A stretch of DNA of 64,000 nt from the human T2T-CHM13v2.0 reference genome, Homo sapiens (GCF_009914755.1 NC_060928.1), one strand, 5' to 3'; positions 1 to 13,935 are shown, counted from the first letter of the stretch. The notes: generated by a model not told the origin, from the sequence alone. Translations and numbers: made by a program.

Positions 1-1210
1 CTTTTTCATGTTAAAATTATAACTTTTATGAAATTATAAAAATGCTAGATAAAGGGTTTTTTCCCCCAAATCTTCATTAAAATCCTACTTGACCAACAGA
101 AAAAAAAATGGCTAAGCAGATGAGGGACCCTCTCCAATAAAATACATATATGTATACTGTTTCATGAAAACCCTATATCTGGGAACTCCTGGATCGATAA
201 CTAACATTTCTTCTAATATGAAGGCCTTGTTGTTCCAAATTGTCCCCACTCACTTATTTCTCCCACCCTACTTAACAGCTTATCACCAGCAAGCAGATTC
301 CCATACGTGATAACTAATGAAAGAAAACTTAATGTGTCCTAATTCTTTATACAAGAATTAGGTCTTTTGACAGAGATGTATTTCTTTTCTCCATGGCTCT
401 CTGGTGTAAAACAGGAATACTGGTGGTGATTTAAAAAAATTACCCAGCATCAGAAACAAAAGCAAACAAACCGACTGTGTAGTATTATTGCAGAGCATAG
501 AGAACATGCTGGGGTGGGTAGAGGGGATTTAGATGGAGAGTGCATTGCTATCCCTTGAAATCGTTAGATGTGCAGCTACTTAATACATGAACTTTTAAAA
601 ATGCATTAAATGTATACATACATATAAAATGATTCATACCTATCTTTTAAATAGAACAACATGGAGAGACTTTAGAGAATTGTTTTATTATTCAGACATG
701 TCATTTCCAAAAATATTTTGGTAATTAAATCCAAAATTATTTTCACAACGAATATACTCTACAAATGTGACATGATTTTTTGGAGGGTGGGTAGAAGTCC
801 CATAAGACAAATACAGTACTACAAAATAACAAAAGTGTTTTTCCTGAAACTTTTCAGTTTTAGAAAAACATGTTTTTTTAATTTGTTTGGATTTTTTTTC
901 TTTTGTGCAACCTAAAGTAACTACTTTTATGGTTTTGTCCCTTTGTTTTCCATTTATTTTACTTGCTTTGACTATTTTAAAGTGAAACTGAAAAAAAAAA
1001 CAATTTTTTACAAATGTGTCAGCAACTTTTTTTTTACTTTAGGTTCAGGGGTACATGTGCAGGTTTGTTATATAGGTAATTTGTGTGTCACAGGGGTTTG
1101 GTGAACAGATTTTGTCACCCAAGTACTAAGCATAGTACTCAATAAGTACTTCTTTAATCGTCACCCTTCTTGCTCTCTCCACCCTCAGGTAGACCCTGAT
1201 GTCTGGGCCT

Positions 1211-1278
1211 GTTGTTACCTTCTTTGTGTCCAAATGTACTCAATGTTGTTACCTTCTTTGTGTCCATATGTACTCAAT
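1211..1278. repeat. 34-bp tandem duplication (2 copies, 1 mismatch) in L1 3'UTR
   Basis: gttgttaccttctttgtgtcca(a/t)atgtactcaat at 1211-1244 and 1245-1278. Confidence 0.95.
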
Positions 1279-2511
1279 GTTTAGCTCCCTAAGTGTGAAT
1301 ATGTGGTATTTGGTTTTCTGTTCCTATGTTAGTTCACTTAGGATAATGGCCTCCACTTCCCTCCACCTTACTGCAAAAGACATGATCTCATTCTTTATTA
1401 TGGCTGCATAGTATTCCATGGTGTATTTGTATCACATTTTCTTTATCCAATCTACCACTGATGGGCATTTAGGTTGATTCCATGTCTGTGCTATTGTGAA
1501 TAGTGCTGCAATGAACATATGCATGCATGTGTCTTTATGTTAGCATGACTTATATTCCTTTGGGTATATACCCAGTAATAGGATCACTGGGTTGAATTGT
1601 ACTGCTGCTTTGAGTTCTTTGAGAAATTGCTAAACTGCTTTGCACAATGGCTGAATTAATTCACATTCCCCCCAGTGGTGTATAACCATTCTTTTTTTCT
1701 GCAGCATCACCAGCATCTGTTATTTTTTGACTTTGTAATAATAGCCATTCTGACTTATGTGAGATGGTATCTCATTGTGGCTTTGATTTGCATTTCTCTA
1801 ATGATCAGTAATATTGAGCATTTCTTCATAGGCTTGTTGGCCATATGTATGTCTTCCTTTGAAAAATGTCTGCTCATATCCTTTTCCCACTTTTTAATGG
1901 GGTTAATTTTTGGTTGTTGATTTGTTTAAGCTCCCTATAGATTCTGGATATTAGGCCTTTGTTGGATGCATAGTTTGTGAATATTTTCTCCCATTTGGTA
2001 AGTGCTCTGTTTACTCTGTTGATAGTTTCATTTGTTGTGCAAATGAGGTCCCATTTGTCAATTTTTGTTTCTGTTATTATTGTTTTTGGCATCTTCATCA
2101 CAAAATCTTTGCCAGGTCCTATGTCCTGAGTGGCATTCCCTAGGTTATCAACAAGGGTTTTATAGTTTCTGTTTTTTATTTATAGTATAAGGAAGGGGTC
2201 CAGTCTCAACCTTCTGCATATGGCTAGCCAGTTATCCTAGCACTATTTATTGAATAGGGAGTCCTTTCCCCATTGCTTGGTTTTGTTGACTTTCTCAAAT
2301 ATCAAATGATGGTAGATGTGCAACTTTCTTTCTGGATTCTCTATCCTGTTCTATTGGTCTATGTTTTTGTACCAGTAACTTGCTCTTTTGGTTACTGTAG
2401 CCTTATAGAATAGTTTGAAGTCAGCTAATGTGATGCCTCTAGCTTTGTTCCTTTTGCTTAGGATTGCTTTGACTATTCGGACTCTTTTTTGGTTCCATAT
2501 GAATTTTTAAA

Positions 2512-2667
2512 TAGTTTTTCCTAATTCTGTGAAGAATGTCATTTGTAGTTTGATAGGAATAGTATTGACTCTTTAATTGCTTTGGACAGTAGTTTTTCCT
2601 AATTCTGTGAAGAATGTCATTTGTAGTTTGATAGGAATAGTATTGACTCTTTAATTGCTTTGGACAG
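2512..2667. repeat. 78-bp perfect tandem duplication inside L1 ORF2
   Basis: tagtttttcctaattctg...gctttggacag at 2512-2589 and 2590-2667; visible as a repeated 26-aa peptide in ORF 2439..2684. Confidence 0.97.
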
Positions 2668-5600
2668 TATGACCATTTTAACAATGTTGTTTCTTCCTAT
2701 CCATGAGCATGGAATGTTTTTCCATTTGTGCATGTCATCACTGATTTATTTGAGCAATGTTTTGTAATTCTTACTGTAGAGATCTTTCACCTCACTGGTT
2801 AGCTGTATTTCTAGGTATTTTATTCTTTCCATGGCTATTTTGAATGTGATTTGACCCTTGATTTGGCTCTCAGCTTGAGTGTTGCTGGTGTATAAGGTGC
2901 TACTAATTTTGTATATTGATTTTATCTCCTGAAACTTTGCTGAAGTTGTGTATCAGGTCTTGGAGGCTTTGGGCAAAGACTATAAGACTTTCTAGGTATA
3001 GAATTATAACATCTACAAACAGGGTAATTTGACTTCTTCTCTTCCTATTTGGATGCCCTTTATTTCTTTCTCTTACCTGATTGTTCTGGCCAGGACTTCC
3101 AGTGCTATGTTGAATAGAAGTGGTGGGAGGGAGCATCCTTGCCTTGTTCCAGTTGTTCAAGGAAAATGCTTCCAGCTTTTGCCCATTCAATATGATATCG
3201 GCCGTGGGTTTTTCATAGATGTATATTACTATTTTGAAGTATGTTCCTTCAGTGCCTATTTTGTTGAGGCTTTTTAACATGAAGGGATGTTGAATTTTAC
3301 GGAAAACCTCTTTTTTTGGCATATATTGAGGCAATCATGTGGTTTTTGTTTTTAGTTCTAATTATGTGATGCATCACATTTACTGACTTGCATATATTAA
3401 ACCAACCTTGCATCCCAGGGATAAAGCCTACTTGATTGTGGTGGATTAGTTATTTGATGTGCTGCTGGATTTGGTTTGCTAGTATTTCGTTGAGGAATTT
3501 TGCATCTATGTTCATCAAGAATATTGGCCAGAAGTTTTCTTCTTTTGTTGTATCTATGCCAGGTTTTGGTATCAGGATGATGCTGGCCTCATACAATGAG
3601 TTAAAAAGGAGACCCCTCTTCTCAATTGTTTGGAATAATTTCGTAGAAATGGTACCAGCTCTTTCTTATACATTGGATAGAATTCAGCTGTGAGTTTGTC
3701 TGGTCCTGGGCTTTTTCTGATTGAACCAGTAATAAAAATTCTACCAATTTCAGAACTTGTTATTGGTCTGTTCAAGGATACAATTTCTTCTTGGTTCAAT
3801 CTTGGGATGTTACAGTTCCCAGGAATTTATTCATTTCTTTTAGGTTTTCTAGTTTGTGTGCATAGAGGTTTCATAGTCTCTAAAGGTTTTTTTTTTTTTA
3901 TTTCTGTAGGTTGAGTAGTAATGTCCCCTTTGTCATTTCTGATTGTTGTTATTTGGACCTTCTCTCTTTATTAGCCTAGCTGGTGATCTTATTAATTCTT
4001 TCAAAGAACCAGCTCCTGGATTTGTTGATCTTTTGTATGGTATTCTGTGTCACAATTTCCTTCAGGTCAGCTCTGATTTTGGTTATTTCTTGTCTTCTGC
4101 TAGCTTTGGGATCAGTCTGCTCTTAGTTCACTAGCTTCTCTAGCTCTGATGATAGGTTGTTAATTTGAGATATTTCTAACTTTTTAATGTTGATGTTTAG
4201 TGCTATAAACTTCCCTCTTAATACTGCTTTAACTGTGTCTAGAGATTCTGGCATATTGTATCTTCTTTCTCATTAGTTTTAAAGCATTTCTTTATTTCTG
4301 CCTTAAGTTTATTATTTATCCAAAAGTCTTTCAGGAACAATTTTTAATTTCCAGTAATTATATGGTTTTGAGCAATTTTCTTACTATTGATTTCTATTTT
4401 TATTGCACTGTGGTCTGATAATGTGGTTGGTATGATTTCAGGATTTTTTTTTACTTTGCTGAGGGTTGTTTTATATCTGATTGTATGGTTGATTTTAGAA
4501 CACATGCCACTGCACATAAGAAGAATGTATATTCTGTTGTTTTGGGGTGGAGAGTTCTGTAGATGTCTATTAGGTCCATTTGGTCAATTGTTGTATTCAG
4601 GTCCTGAATATCTTTGTTAGTTTTCTGCCTTGATGATCTGTCTAATACAGTTAGTGGGGTGTTGAAGTCTCTCACTACTATTGTGTGGTTATCTAAGTCT
4701 CTTTGTCTCTAAGAACTTGCTTTATGAATCTGGGTGCTTCTGTGTTGGGTGCATATATATCTAGAATACTTAGGTCTTCTTGTTGAATTGAACCCTTTAC
4801 CATTATGTGATGCCCTTCTTTACCTTTTTTGATTTTTGTTAAAGTCTGTTTTGTTTAAAATTAGATTAGAAATCTCTAATTTTTTCTGATTTCTGTTTGC
4901 TTGGTAGATTTTTCTTCATCCCTTTACTTTGAGCCTATGGTTGTCATTGCATGTGAGATGGGACTCTTGAAGACAACATACAAGTGGGTCTTGCTTCTTT
5001 ATCCAACTTGCCACTCTGTGCCTTTTGATTGAGGCATTTAACCCATTTACACTCAAGGTTAGTATTGATATGTGCAAATTTGATCCTGTCATTGTGTTAT
5101 TAGCTGATTATTATGCAGACTTATTTGTGTGGTTTCTTTATAGTGCCACTGCTCTATGTACTTAAGTGTGTTTTTATAGTATCTGATAACAGCCTTTCCT
5201 TTCATATTTGGAATTCCCTTCAGGAAATCTTCTAAGACAGGTCTGGTTGTCATGAATTCCCTTAGGATTCATAATATCCTGGAAAGGATATTATTTCTCC
5301 TGCACTTATGAAGCTTGGTTTGTCTGCATATAAAATTCTTGGTTATTAATTCATTTCTTTAAGAATACTGTATATAAGCCCCCAATTTCTTCTGGCTTGT
5401 AAGGTTTTTGCTAAAAGGTCCACTGTTAGCTTGATGGTGTACCCTCTGTAGGCGACCTACCCTTTCTCTATAGCTGCCTTTTTCATTTTTCTCTTTCATT
5501 TTAATCTTGGAGAATCTGAGGACTGTGTGTCTTCAGGATGGTCTTCTTGTATAGTATTTCACAGGGCTTCTCTGCATTTCCTGAATTTGAATGTTGCCTT

Positions 5601-6086
5601 CTCTAGCACAGTTGGGAAAGTTTTCATGGGTGATATTCTGAAATAAATTTTCCAACCTTCTCACTTCCTCTGCCTCTCTTTCAGGGATCCCAATGTGTCA
5701 TAGATTTGATCCCTTTACATAATCCCATATTTCTCAGAGGTTTTGTTTATTCTTCTTTTTCTTTATTTTCATCTGACTTATTTCAGATAACCAGTCTTCA
5801 AGTTCTGAGATTCCACAGCTTGGTTGATTTTGCTGTTAACATTTGGAATTGTATGCTGAAATTCTTGAATTAAGTTTTCAGCTTTATTAGATCAGTTTTT
5901 TCCTTCTTAAAATGGTCATTCCATATTTCATCTCCTGTAGCATTTTATTTCTTTGAATCCTTAGATTGGATTTCAACTCTCTCCTGAATCTCAATGATCT
6001 TCATTCTTACCCATAATCATAATTCTGTTTCTGTCATTTCAGCCATTTCATCGTGGTTAGGAACCATTGCAGAAGAAGTCACTCTG

Positions 6087-6223
6087 GGCTGTGTATAGTA
6101 GTTGACACCTATAATCCTGGCACTTTGGGAGGCTGAGGCAGGAGGATCACTTGAGCTCAGTAGTCTGAGACTAGCCTGGGCAACATAGTGAGATGTCATC
6201 TCTATTTAAATAAATAAACAAAT
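6087..6223 (+). mobile_element. Alu left monomer (FLAM/AluJ-type) nested in L1 ORF1
   Basis: gcactttgggaggctgaggcaggaggatcacttgagc...cctgggcaacatagtgag, then an A-rich tail; TSD agaagtc(a/t)ctctgg at 6074-6087 and 6224-6237. Confidence 0.92.
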
Positions 6224-7449
6224 AGAAGTCTCTCTGGATTTTTGAGCTGCCAGAGTTCTTGCACTGGTTCTCTCTCATCTTTGTGGGCTGATCTTCATTT
6301 AGTCTTTGAGCTTGCTGTCCTTTAGATGTGTTTTTTCTTTCATCTTCTTTGATGTCCTTGGGGGGTTTGATTGTACTATAAGGGTTCAGTAAACTAGCTT
6401 TGTTTCTGGAAGAGTTCAGGGGGCCAAAGCTCAGCTCAGCATTCCTGGGCTGCATGCTCTGACTCTGGGAGGCTATTAATGGGCTCCCAGCTTTGTTCTC
6501 TGGCCCCTTGATGTTAGGATTCTGCTGTGCTGGAGGGAACAAGCGGTTCCAAGACCGTAGTCTACAATATTTTGATAAGCGGTGCCAGTCAAAGCACTTT
6601 GTTGGGTGGTAGCAGCAGGATCCATGCTTGTTCACACGTGAAAGTGGCAGCAGCACATAGCAGGGTACATGCTCATCAACCGGGTTGGGACACTGGCAGG
6701 CGTGGAAATGCTGGCTTCCATGATGGTGTTTGCAGCAGCAGCTGTGGCAGCACAGGGCTGGGGGTAGGGCAAGGGGCAGGGCTGCTGGCAATGTCAACAC
6801 CAGGGGCCGGGTGCATGCAGGCGCAGGGTTGATGGCCTTCATTCACAGTCCGTGCCACTGGCAATGGTGGTATGGGGTAGAAAGGGGGTGCAGAGCCGCT
6901 CCACACTTGATAGACCAAGGCAAGTATAGATTGAACTATACAACTAATGGTAGCAGATCAATAACAATTTCATGCATAAAACTTTGAAAGCATTATTGTC
7001 CACATCAATTGTATAGTTGACTATGTGTTTCTGGGACAATTGGCATATCTTATGTAACACATATGTATGGAATCACTTTTCTAAGCAGTGCATATATTAG
7101 GCAAGTGAGTCAACTACTCTGCAGCTACCATACTCTGCTAAGTTAAATCTACCAACTTCCCTTTAGCAAGTGCTCTGAAGTTAATTATTTTAGCATTTAA
7201 ATGAGGTTTCCTGCAAGGATTCATCAGTGTTAAGTTATAATCATCCAGAAAATGGCCAAAGCCTCAAGCATCAGTGATTTGATATAACTTTATAGTGTTT
7301 AAAATTAGTCATAATTAGTGTCTAAATACTTGAGTGGTAATCTTAAGGTCATAGTCCCGTTTATTTTTTATTTTTATCATAGTATACTTATATGTTAAGT
7401 ACAAAACCAATTTGGAATACACAATTGTGATGCATGTTTTCTCCTATCA

Positions 7450-7870
7450 TTTTATTTTTAACAATGTCAAACCTACAGAAAATTGACAAAAATAGTAAAT
7501 AAACAGCCATACAACATCTTCATTTGGTTTTACTAGTTGCCAACATTGTCATATTTACATGCTCATGCTCTCTCTCATGTGTTTATATGTACACATATTC
7601 ACATATATACACACATACACTTTCTGCAGCTATGCATGTATATATATATATACATGTAATTTTATATATTATATATATGTAGCTGAATCATTTTGGATTT
7701 AGATGTACATTTGTAATTTTAGTCTTAAGGCTAGGTCTTATCAAATGTCATGAATAAAATAACATGTTTTACTTCTATTTTAATGCTTGTGTTGCCTTTC
7801 CCATGAAAATTTAACAAGGTTAATATAATATTTAGAAATGAAAGGAATATTATCTTTTTTTCAATTACCA
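7450..7870 (-). mobile_element. Ancient L1 (L1MC/L1ME-type) 3'UTR fragment with internal TA/CA low-complexity tract
   Basis: ttttattttaacaatgtcaaacctacagaaaattgacaaaaatagta resembles the L1MC 3' end; heavily diverged. Confidence 0.55.
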
Positions 7871-7899
7871 CAGTTAAGTCATATTTTACTATTTTACTT

Positions 7900-8552
7900 A
7901 AACTAACTAGTATCTGGTCTCCACTACTATATTGCCTCTCCACCTTCCACGCCCACGCCTATTCTATACTTTCAAGAACAGCCTAAGATCTTCTAAAACT
8001 GGAATCAAATCATGCCACTGCCTACTTGGATTACTCTGTGATTTCCCATCTCATTCAAGTGTTAAAGCCTACATTCTTAAATGGCCTACAGAAAACTGCA
8101 CTGACTCCTTCCCTGTACCCCTTATCATCTCTAATTGCTCCTAAAGGACCAGGAAAGCTTTGACATCAGTGCCTTAGCACTTTGACTTTGCTTGTCTATT
8201 TTTTATTTTTATCATAGTATATTTATATGTTCTGCTTGGAACGTTCTTTTGTCAATACCCTCATGGACTGCTTCTGTGTTTTTAGATTTTTGACCTATAT
8301 ATTATCTTCTCATGAAGTTTTCTTAGCCAAGGTTTAAAAACTGTTTTTGAAATGCAAGCACTCTCTATCCTCCTTCCTTGTTTAATTTTGATCATGAGTA
8401 CTTAGCAATATCTAATATATTATATCTTAAGAAATTTATGAACATGCAAGCTTCAGAAGATGTCTATTTTGTCTGCTGCTAAATTGCCAGCCCTGTAATG
8501 GTGCCTGCCACATAGGAGGTGATTTCTAGTTTTTTTAAAAAATGAGCGAATG
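7900..8552 (+). mobile_element. LINE-2 3' fragment
   Basis: gccttagcact...ctgcttggaacgttctt, gtgcctgccacataggaggt and aatgagcgaatga match the L2 3' end. Confidence 0.75.
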
Positions 8553-8706
8553 ATACAAATACAAATGAAGCAAATAATAAAGGTAATAATATTAAAGTTT
8601 AATCATCTTTTGTTCCTATTAGTTTCTTGAAGATAGTGTTAACAATATCAATGCCTCAATTTGGCAAGCATTTTGTGTTTTCCGCCATCTTCCACATATT
8701 ATCGAC

Positions 8707-9185
8707 TGTATGTTACCTTTTGCTGCATAACAAATTACCCCCAAACTTAGTGCCTAATGACAAAAGTGTTTGTTATCTCAGTCCCTTTGCTGTTAAATCT
8801 GGGTACAGCTTAGCTGGTGCCCCTGTTTCTACATCTCTTGTCACATCTCTCACGGGACTCTGGTCAGACTGTCGGCTAACTCTGCACTCATCTCAAGGCT
8901 TTCCAGGGCTGGGGGTCTGCTTTCAGGTTCACTTGTGTCATTACTGGCTGGTCTAGGTTCTTACTGCATGCCCACTGTACACGTTTTCTGAGTGTCCTTG
9001 TGACTTTGTAGCTGGTGAGCTGAGACAGACAAAGAGAGCTAAAAAGGGCTTTAAGACAGAAGCCACCATCTTTTACAACCTAATCTCAGATGTAACATCT
9101 CCGTGTAGCCCTCATCCAGGGGGAAAACATTACACAGGGTGTGAAAACCAAGAGCCAGGGATCACTGGAGGCCACCAGAGCATGC
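8707..9185 (-). mobile_element. MaLR solo LTR (MLT1F/G/H-like)
   Basis: tgctgcataacaaattacccccaaacttagtg ... acacagggtgtgaaaaccaagagccagggatcactggaggcc. Confidence 0.8.
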
Positions 9186-9364
9186 CTAGGGTACTGGTCA
9201 TTTTATAGATATAGAGAATAAAACCTAGAGATATCAATTTTTCCAGTTTATTCAGTTAAAAGTAAATTAGAGTAATTCTAATTCTCTGCTAATCATCCTT
9301 TCAGGATTACTGATAAATTAAAATATAATAATTATTATTCCCAAAATGAACATATATTTTTGCT

Positions 9365-9600
9365 TTGCTATGTACCAGACAAAATTAAGTACTTTATATA
9401 TGTCACCGCATTTAATCCATAAAACAACCCTCTATAATAAGTATACTTATTAAATATATTTACAGATAAGAAAAATGAGGAACAGAGAATTAAAATAACT
9501 TTCTCAGGGTCATACAGATAAAAAGTGTCAGGGTTAGCATTCAAACCTGGCAGTCTGGCTTGAGAGATTGGCTTCATAAGCCATACTCTATACTGTGTGC
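9365..9600 (-). mobile_element. MIR SINE
   Basis: catttaatccataaaacaaccct, tttacagataagaaaaatgagg, ttcaaacctggcagtctggct (MIR core). Confidence 0.85.
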
Positions 9601-11235
9601 CTCTTAGACACAAGAAAACAAAGTAAGTGACTGTCTTAAGCTCATCGGGATTCATTTTGTAACTCTTTTTTAAACTTAAAGCAACAAGAGAATTTTACTG
9701 TTATCTTAATGTTTATCTGGTGAGGAAACACATACTACAGGAAAAAAACACCTCAGATTTAAAGTTATATCCATTGGGTATACAGCTCAACAGTGAAAAA
9801 ATAATAGAACAAATATGTGTTCGTGGTCAGATTGACCCTGAATAGAGTGTCTAATGCTGACTGTGTTGTTCTAGAGTGAATATTGCTTCCCTCTTCCAAA
9901 GAAATAAGAAAGCCACACACAGAGAATACCATCCAGTGCATGGGAAATACATATCCTCCTCTCTTTCTTCTTTCTAGTTTATAAAAGTTCCCCTTCCAAA
10001 TGGCAATAAGTCACTTCAGAGAATGCATTTTCTAAAGGATGATTGCCCTTCTTGAGTAGTGATGCACTTAAGGCAGGCATGCAGTAATCCCCAGAAATGT
10101 ACTGCCTGGAGTGTCTTATTGCTTAATTAGAGCTGGCACGGGGCCACTTCTTCTCAGCCTTGAATTAACGCAAGAGCAGTGGAAGGAGGCACAGGTATAA
10201 GATGTGCTATTTCAGGAGGATATAAAGTAATGGCACAGTGCCAGTCTGCAGAAAACAAAGCCAAACACTCCTGCTACGACAATGAAATATCAAAATGCCT
10301 GGCTTCATTGTAGTCAGAGATTAAGTCCATCACTGTGCCCATGACCAGGGCTTAAACATGATCTCTGTTGTTCTAAAAGACTTTATAATCTTCACTCATA
10401 GGACCACAGGCCATGAAAGCACCCAGTAATTTGGAAGATATCACAGAAAGTTAATTGTAGGAGTCCAGAAGCTATATGTTGAAGAATTTTAGACCAAGAT
10501 CACAGACTAGCAAATTATTATAATAAACATAACTTTTCCAAACAGAAGGAGGAAGTCATAATTTTAATTATGTAAACACATCCTCTTAACTTCCTTGAAA
10601 AGCCTACCCTTTTTTTTTGTTTTAAATAATACCATACTTTATCAAAGAGCAAACAGCTAGTCCACACCAACTGCATGATGAAACACCATGGCTCCAGCCA
10701 ATGCCCACCCAGCTTTCCCATCTGCTCAAGGGCCTTCTGGAGAAGTTTGGCGAGCATCAGCAACACTTTACAACATACAGCAAGTTCTACTTTTCCATAA
10801 TCCCTACATTAGCAACTTTCTATTTAAGTACTGAGACATTCTAGCTGGGGGTCACAGCACCCTGTCAACTAGACCCTTTGTTCTTTCCTCAGTGATTTTT
10901 CTGCCTTGCCTAGAGTTTCCATGAAGAATAAGGCAAGCTCCTTAATTGAAACAACTCTTGTCAACAAAAAACATCAACTCTGTCCACTGACAGAATGGAG
11001 CATAAGAACAAATCTTTGTTTTCACAATGAATGTCAATGGAAAACTTTATGTGATTATTCTTTAACAATCTTATACAACCATCTGATACTTATATTCTTC
11101 TTTCACAACCAGGGCTCTGTCTAAATCAACAGTTTATTGAATACCCACTGTGTTCTCATGGATATAAACCAGCCTTCTCTAGCAGTCACAATGTACCTAA
11201 AGGCCTAGAATCTGTAAGAAATTATTACTGGAAGT

Positions 11236-11339
11236 CAAGACCAGCTACATAATATGTGGGGCCCAGGGCAACATGAGGCTCCACTGAGGATAGAATTCTG
11301 TGGTATTACATGTGTGTCATGCCCACAGAGCTGGCCCTG
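11236..11339. mobile_element. Short hAT-Tip100 MITE (MER45/MER91-like)
   Basis: Ends caagaccagctacataat and gagctggccctg; 8-bp TSD c(t/a)ggaagt at 11228-11235 and 11340-11347. Confidence 0.8.
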
Positions 11340-13310
11340 CAGGAAGTCTAAAACATGATATGTGAAATGCAATTAAATACATATGCTCAATAGCATTGTT
11401 ACATAGGAAGCTTTTTATGTGTCAAGGTAGCCTGTTAATTTAGTCCTTTCTAGTTAATTCAGCAAAACAAGCAAACACCTTCATTTTCCCCCACACCAAC
11501 CAAAAAAACAGTATCTTAGAACAAGAAAATCTATTCTCAGGTAACTTGTGCTCACACCCTGTTGGCAAGGCTGGTGAATGTAATGACTAAAATAAGAATT
11601 TAAAAAATACTATTACGAACGTGCTATAGTCTATTAAAGAGAAAGTGCCATTAATGTGTAAAACCTTTTCAAAATGAAAGACAAGTACCTAAGGAAAAGA
11701 AACTTCAGGAGGGGAGGGGAGGAGGAGGAGTCCATAGAGAAAATCTGGCAGAGAGATAGCTTCCTAGTTCCAGTAGAGTTTTCGCAGCATCATGTTTTGT
11801 AACTTAACTTTCAGTTTGAAGCCTAGTGTTCACAATTGTAACATCCATAAATACTGCAAACCTTCCACAGGCATTTCTGTTTTTCTTCAAATAGTGTTCA
11901 TTTGTCCACCGTGTGGAACTGGGAAACAGCTGACATCAGTCTTGACAGTGTTGGAGAGGCAGGTTACAGAGTCCCCTGGTGAAAAGGTACACAGAGCAGT
12001 GATGCCATAGGTTGAGTTACCTCATAGCTAAGACCTGCCCAGCAAGGACCGGAGTTAAATATATGTGCTGATAAATGAAGTAATCGTTGATGTTCCAGGC
12101 AAGTGTTTCCAAAGCTGGGATTTTACTGGATCATATCAAATGAGGGAGGAGACACAGATGTATCTTCCCAACTGGGAGGGGGGGAACAGTGTTACAGCTC
12201 AGAAGGAAACTATGTGTGATGCATATGTGCTCAGTTACACTAAGATGCCTTTCCTTTTCACATATATCTAGAATATGCAATTTATTTCAGTGTTTATGTA
12301 TTGCTTGATGTTCTATCAACTTGGGAAAAAAAAGTGAATGTTCCTAAAAATGTCTTCATGGAATGGAATTATAACTTGTTTGTTTAGATAACTTTTGTTT
12401 ATCTCTTTGAGTTATTCCGATACTGACAGTGACTCATACCACTGTCTTACCTCTATCCAAACCATGCAGTCAGGAAAGACTCTTAGGAAAGTATCTTTTT
12501 GGTTGTTTTATTAGCATAAAATATTATCTTCTTCCTTTGGCATTTTCTTCACAAACTCCTAATTTTATAGTTGTGGCATATTTTGAAAGCATTTAAAAGC
12601 ATTGGGATATAATATTTTTTTTCAATGAGTAAATCACGTATGACCTTACCATATGTGAGAAAGCACTAATTTTGCTTCTATTTTTAGATATATGTTCAGG
12701 GTTTATCACTGACTTGCTGAATGAAAACTTTACCTTTGAAGACAGAGCCAAAGACATGCAATAATATAAAATGAGAAGATTGTACTCTTGCCTCTGACTC
12801 AGGGGACTGTGGTTTGTCTCTAGGTTTAAGACCAGAGGAGGACTGTGTGAGTCTTAAACCTCCCCAGCCCCCCACACTTAGCAATCTTTCTATGTATGGA
12901 ACTTCCCACTATATTTAAACACATAGTCTGCAAGTTTGAAGGAGACCATGTGCAGCTCTAGAAATCAAGAGTAAGATTTAAAAGCCTTTTCTATAACACT
13001 GTAAATCTAATTCTTCCTTACTCCTAATTCCACAGTTTATGTACATACAGAAAATTTCCTTTTACCTTTCCTTCCTTCCATCTTTCCTTCCCTCCTTTCT
13101 TCTGTCCTGCCTTCATTCTTTCCTTCCTCTCTTCTGATTGTCATGAAGTTCTTGTGCTAGAGATCACCACTGAACTTTCTAGGACCATTCTGACTACGCC
13201 CCAGCATCTAGGAAGGTAGTGATGGGATAAACAGGAGGCTGGACATTCTTTGCGTTCTCCCTTGATTGATGGGGGTTATTGGATTGCTCGCATGCTCTTT
13301 ACTTATTTAA

Positions 13311-13683
<373 letters not shown>

Positions 13684-13935
13684 TCAGTGAAGTAAGCTGA
13701 ATTCATGCAGCCATAAATTTAAATTGGCAACTCTAACCTTAGGTTTCTTAAATGGTTTAGACAACTATTTTGTTCAGGCGGTAATGTTAGTACATGTTCT
13801 GTCTTACATTACTACTTCAAGACGAAAATGAGTACGAAATTTATTTTTTCCAGCATAGCCATAAATTCGTGGGGTTTTTTTATTTAAAAGCTTATGGAAA
13901 AAAATAGTCTCAGCATCCTGATTTATGTCATCTCT

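Larger units (their letters stand above)
1026..6900 (-). mobile_element. Old primate LINE-1 (L1PA13-16-like), near full length, decayed; 5' boundary approximate
   Basis: T-tract plus L1PA 3'UTR (gggtacatgtgcaggtttgtta) at ~1026-1070. ORF2 fragments appear in the ORF track ([24 protein letters not shown] for the RT FADDM motif, [20 protein letters not shown] of the endonuclease). ORF2 ATG (MTGSN) at 5092 and ORF1 ATG (MRENQCKNSG) at 6278 on minus. GC-richer 5'UTR to ~6900. Many stops and frameshifts. Confidence 0.95.

Noticed and set aside
6171-6842. Longest ORF (223 aa, minus) as a novel gene
   Set aside because: It lies in the L1 5'UTR, runs into the ORF1 start and ends in antisense Alu monomer. 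No ATG start or domain; a chance open frame in GC-rich repeat DNA.
11708-11730. G-rich runs as G-quadruplexes (also ~27432 and ~45299)
   Set aside because: Fewer than four G3 tracts; weak and without context.
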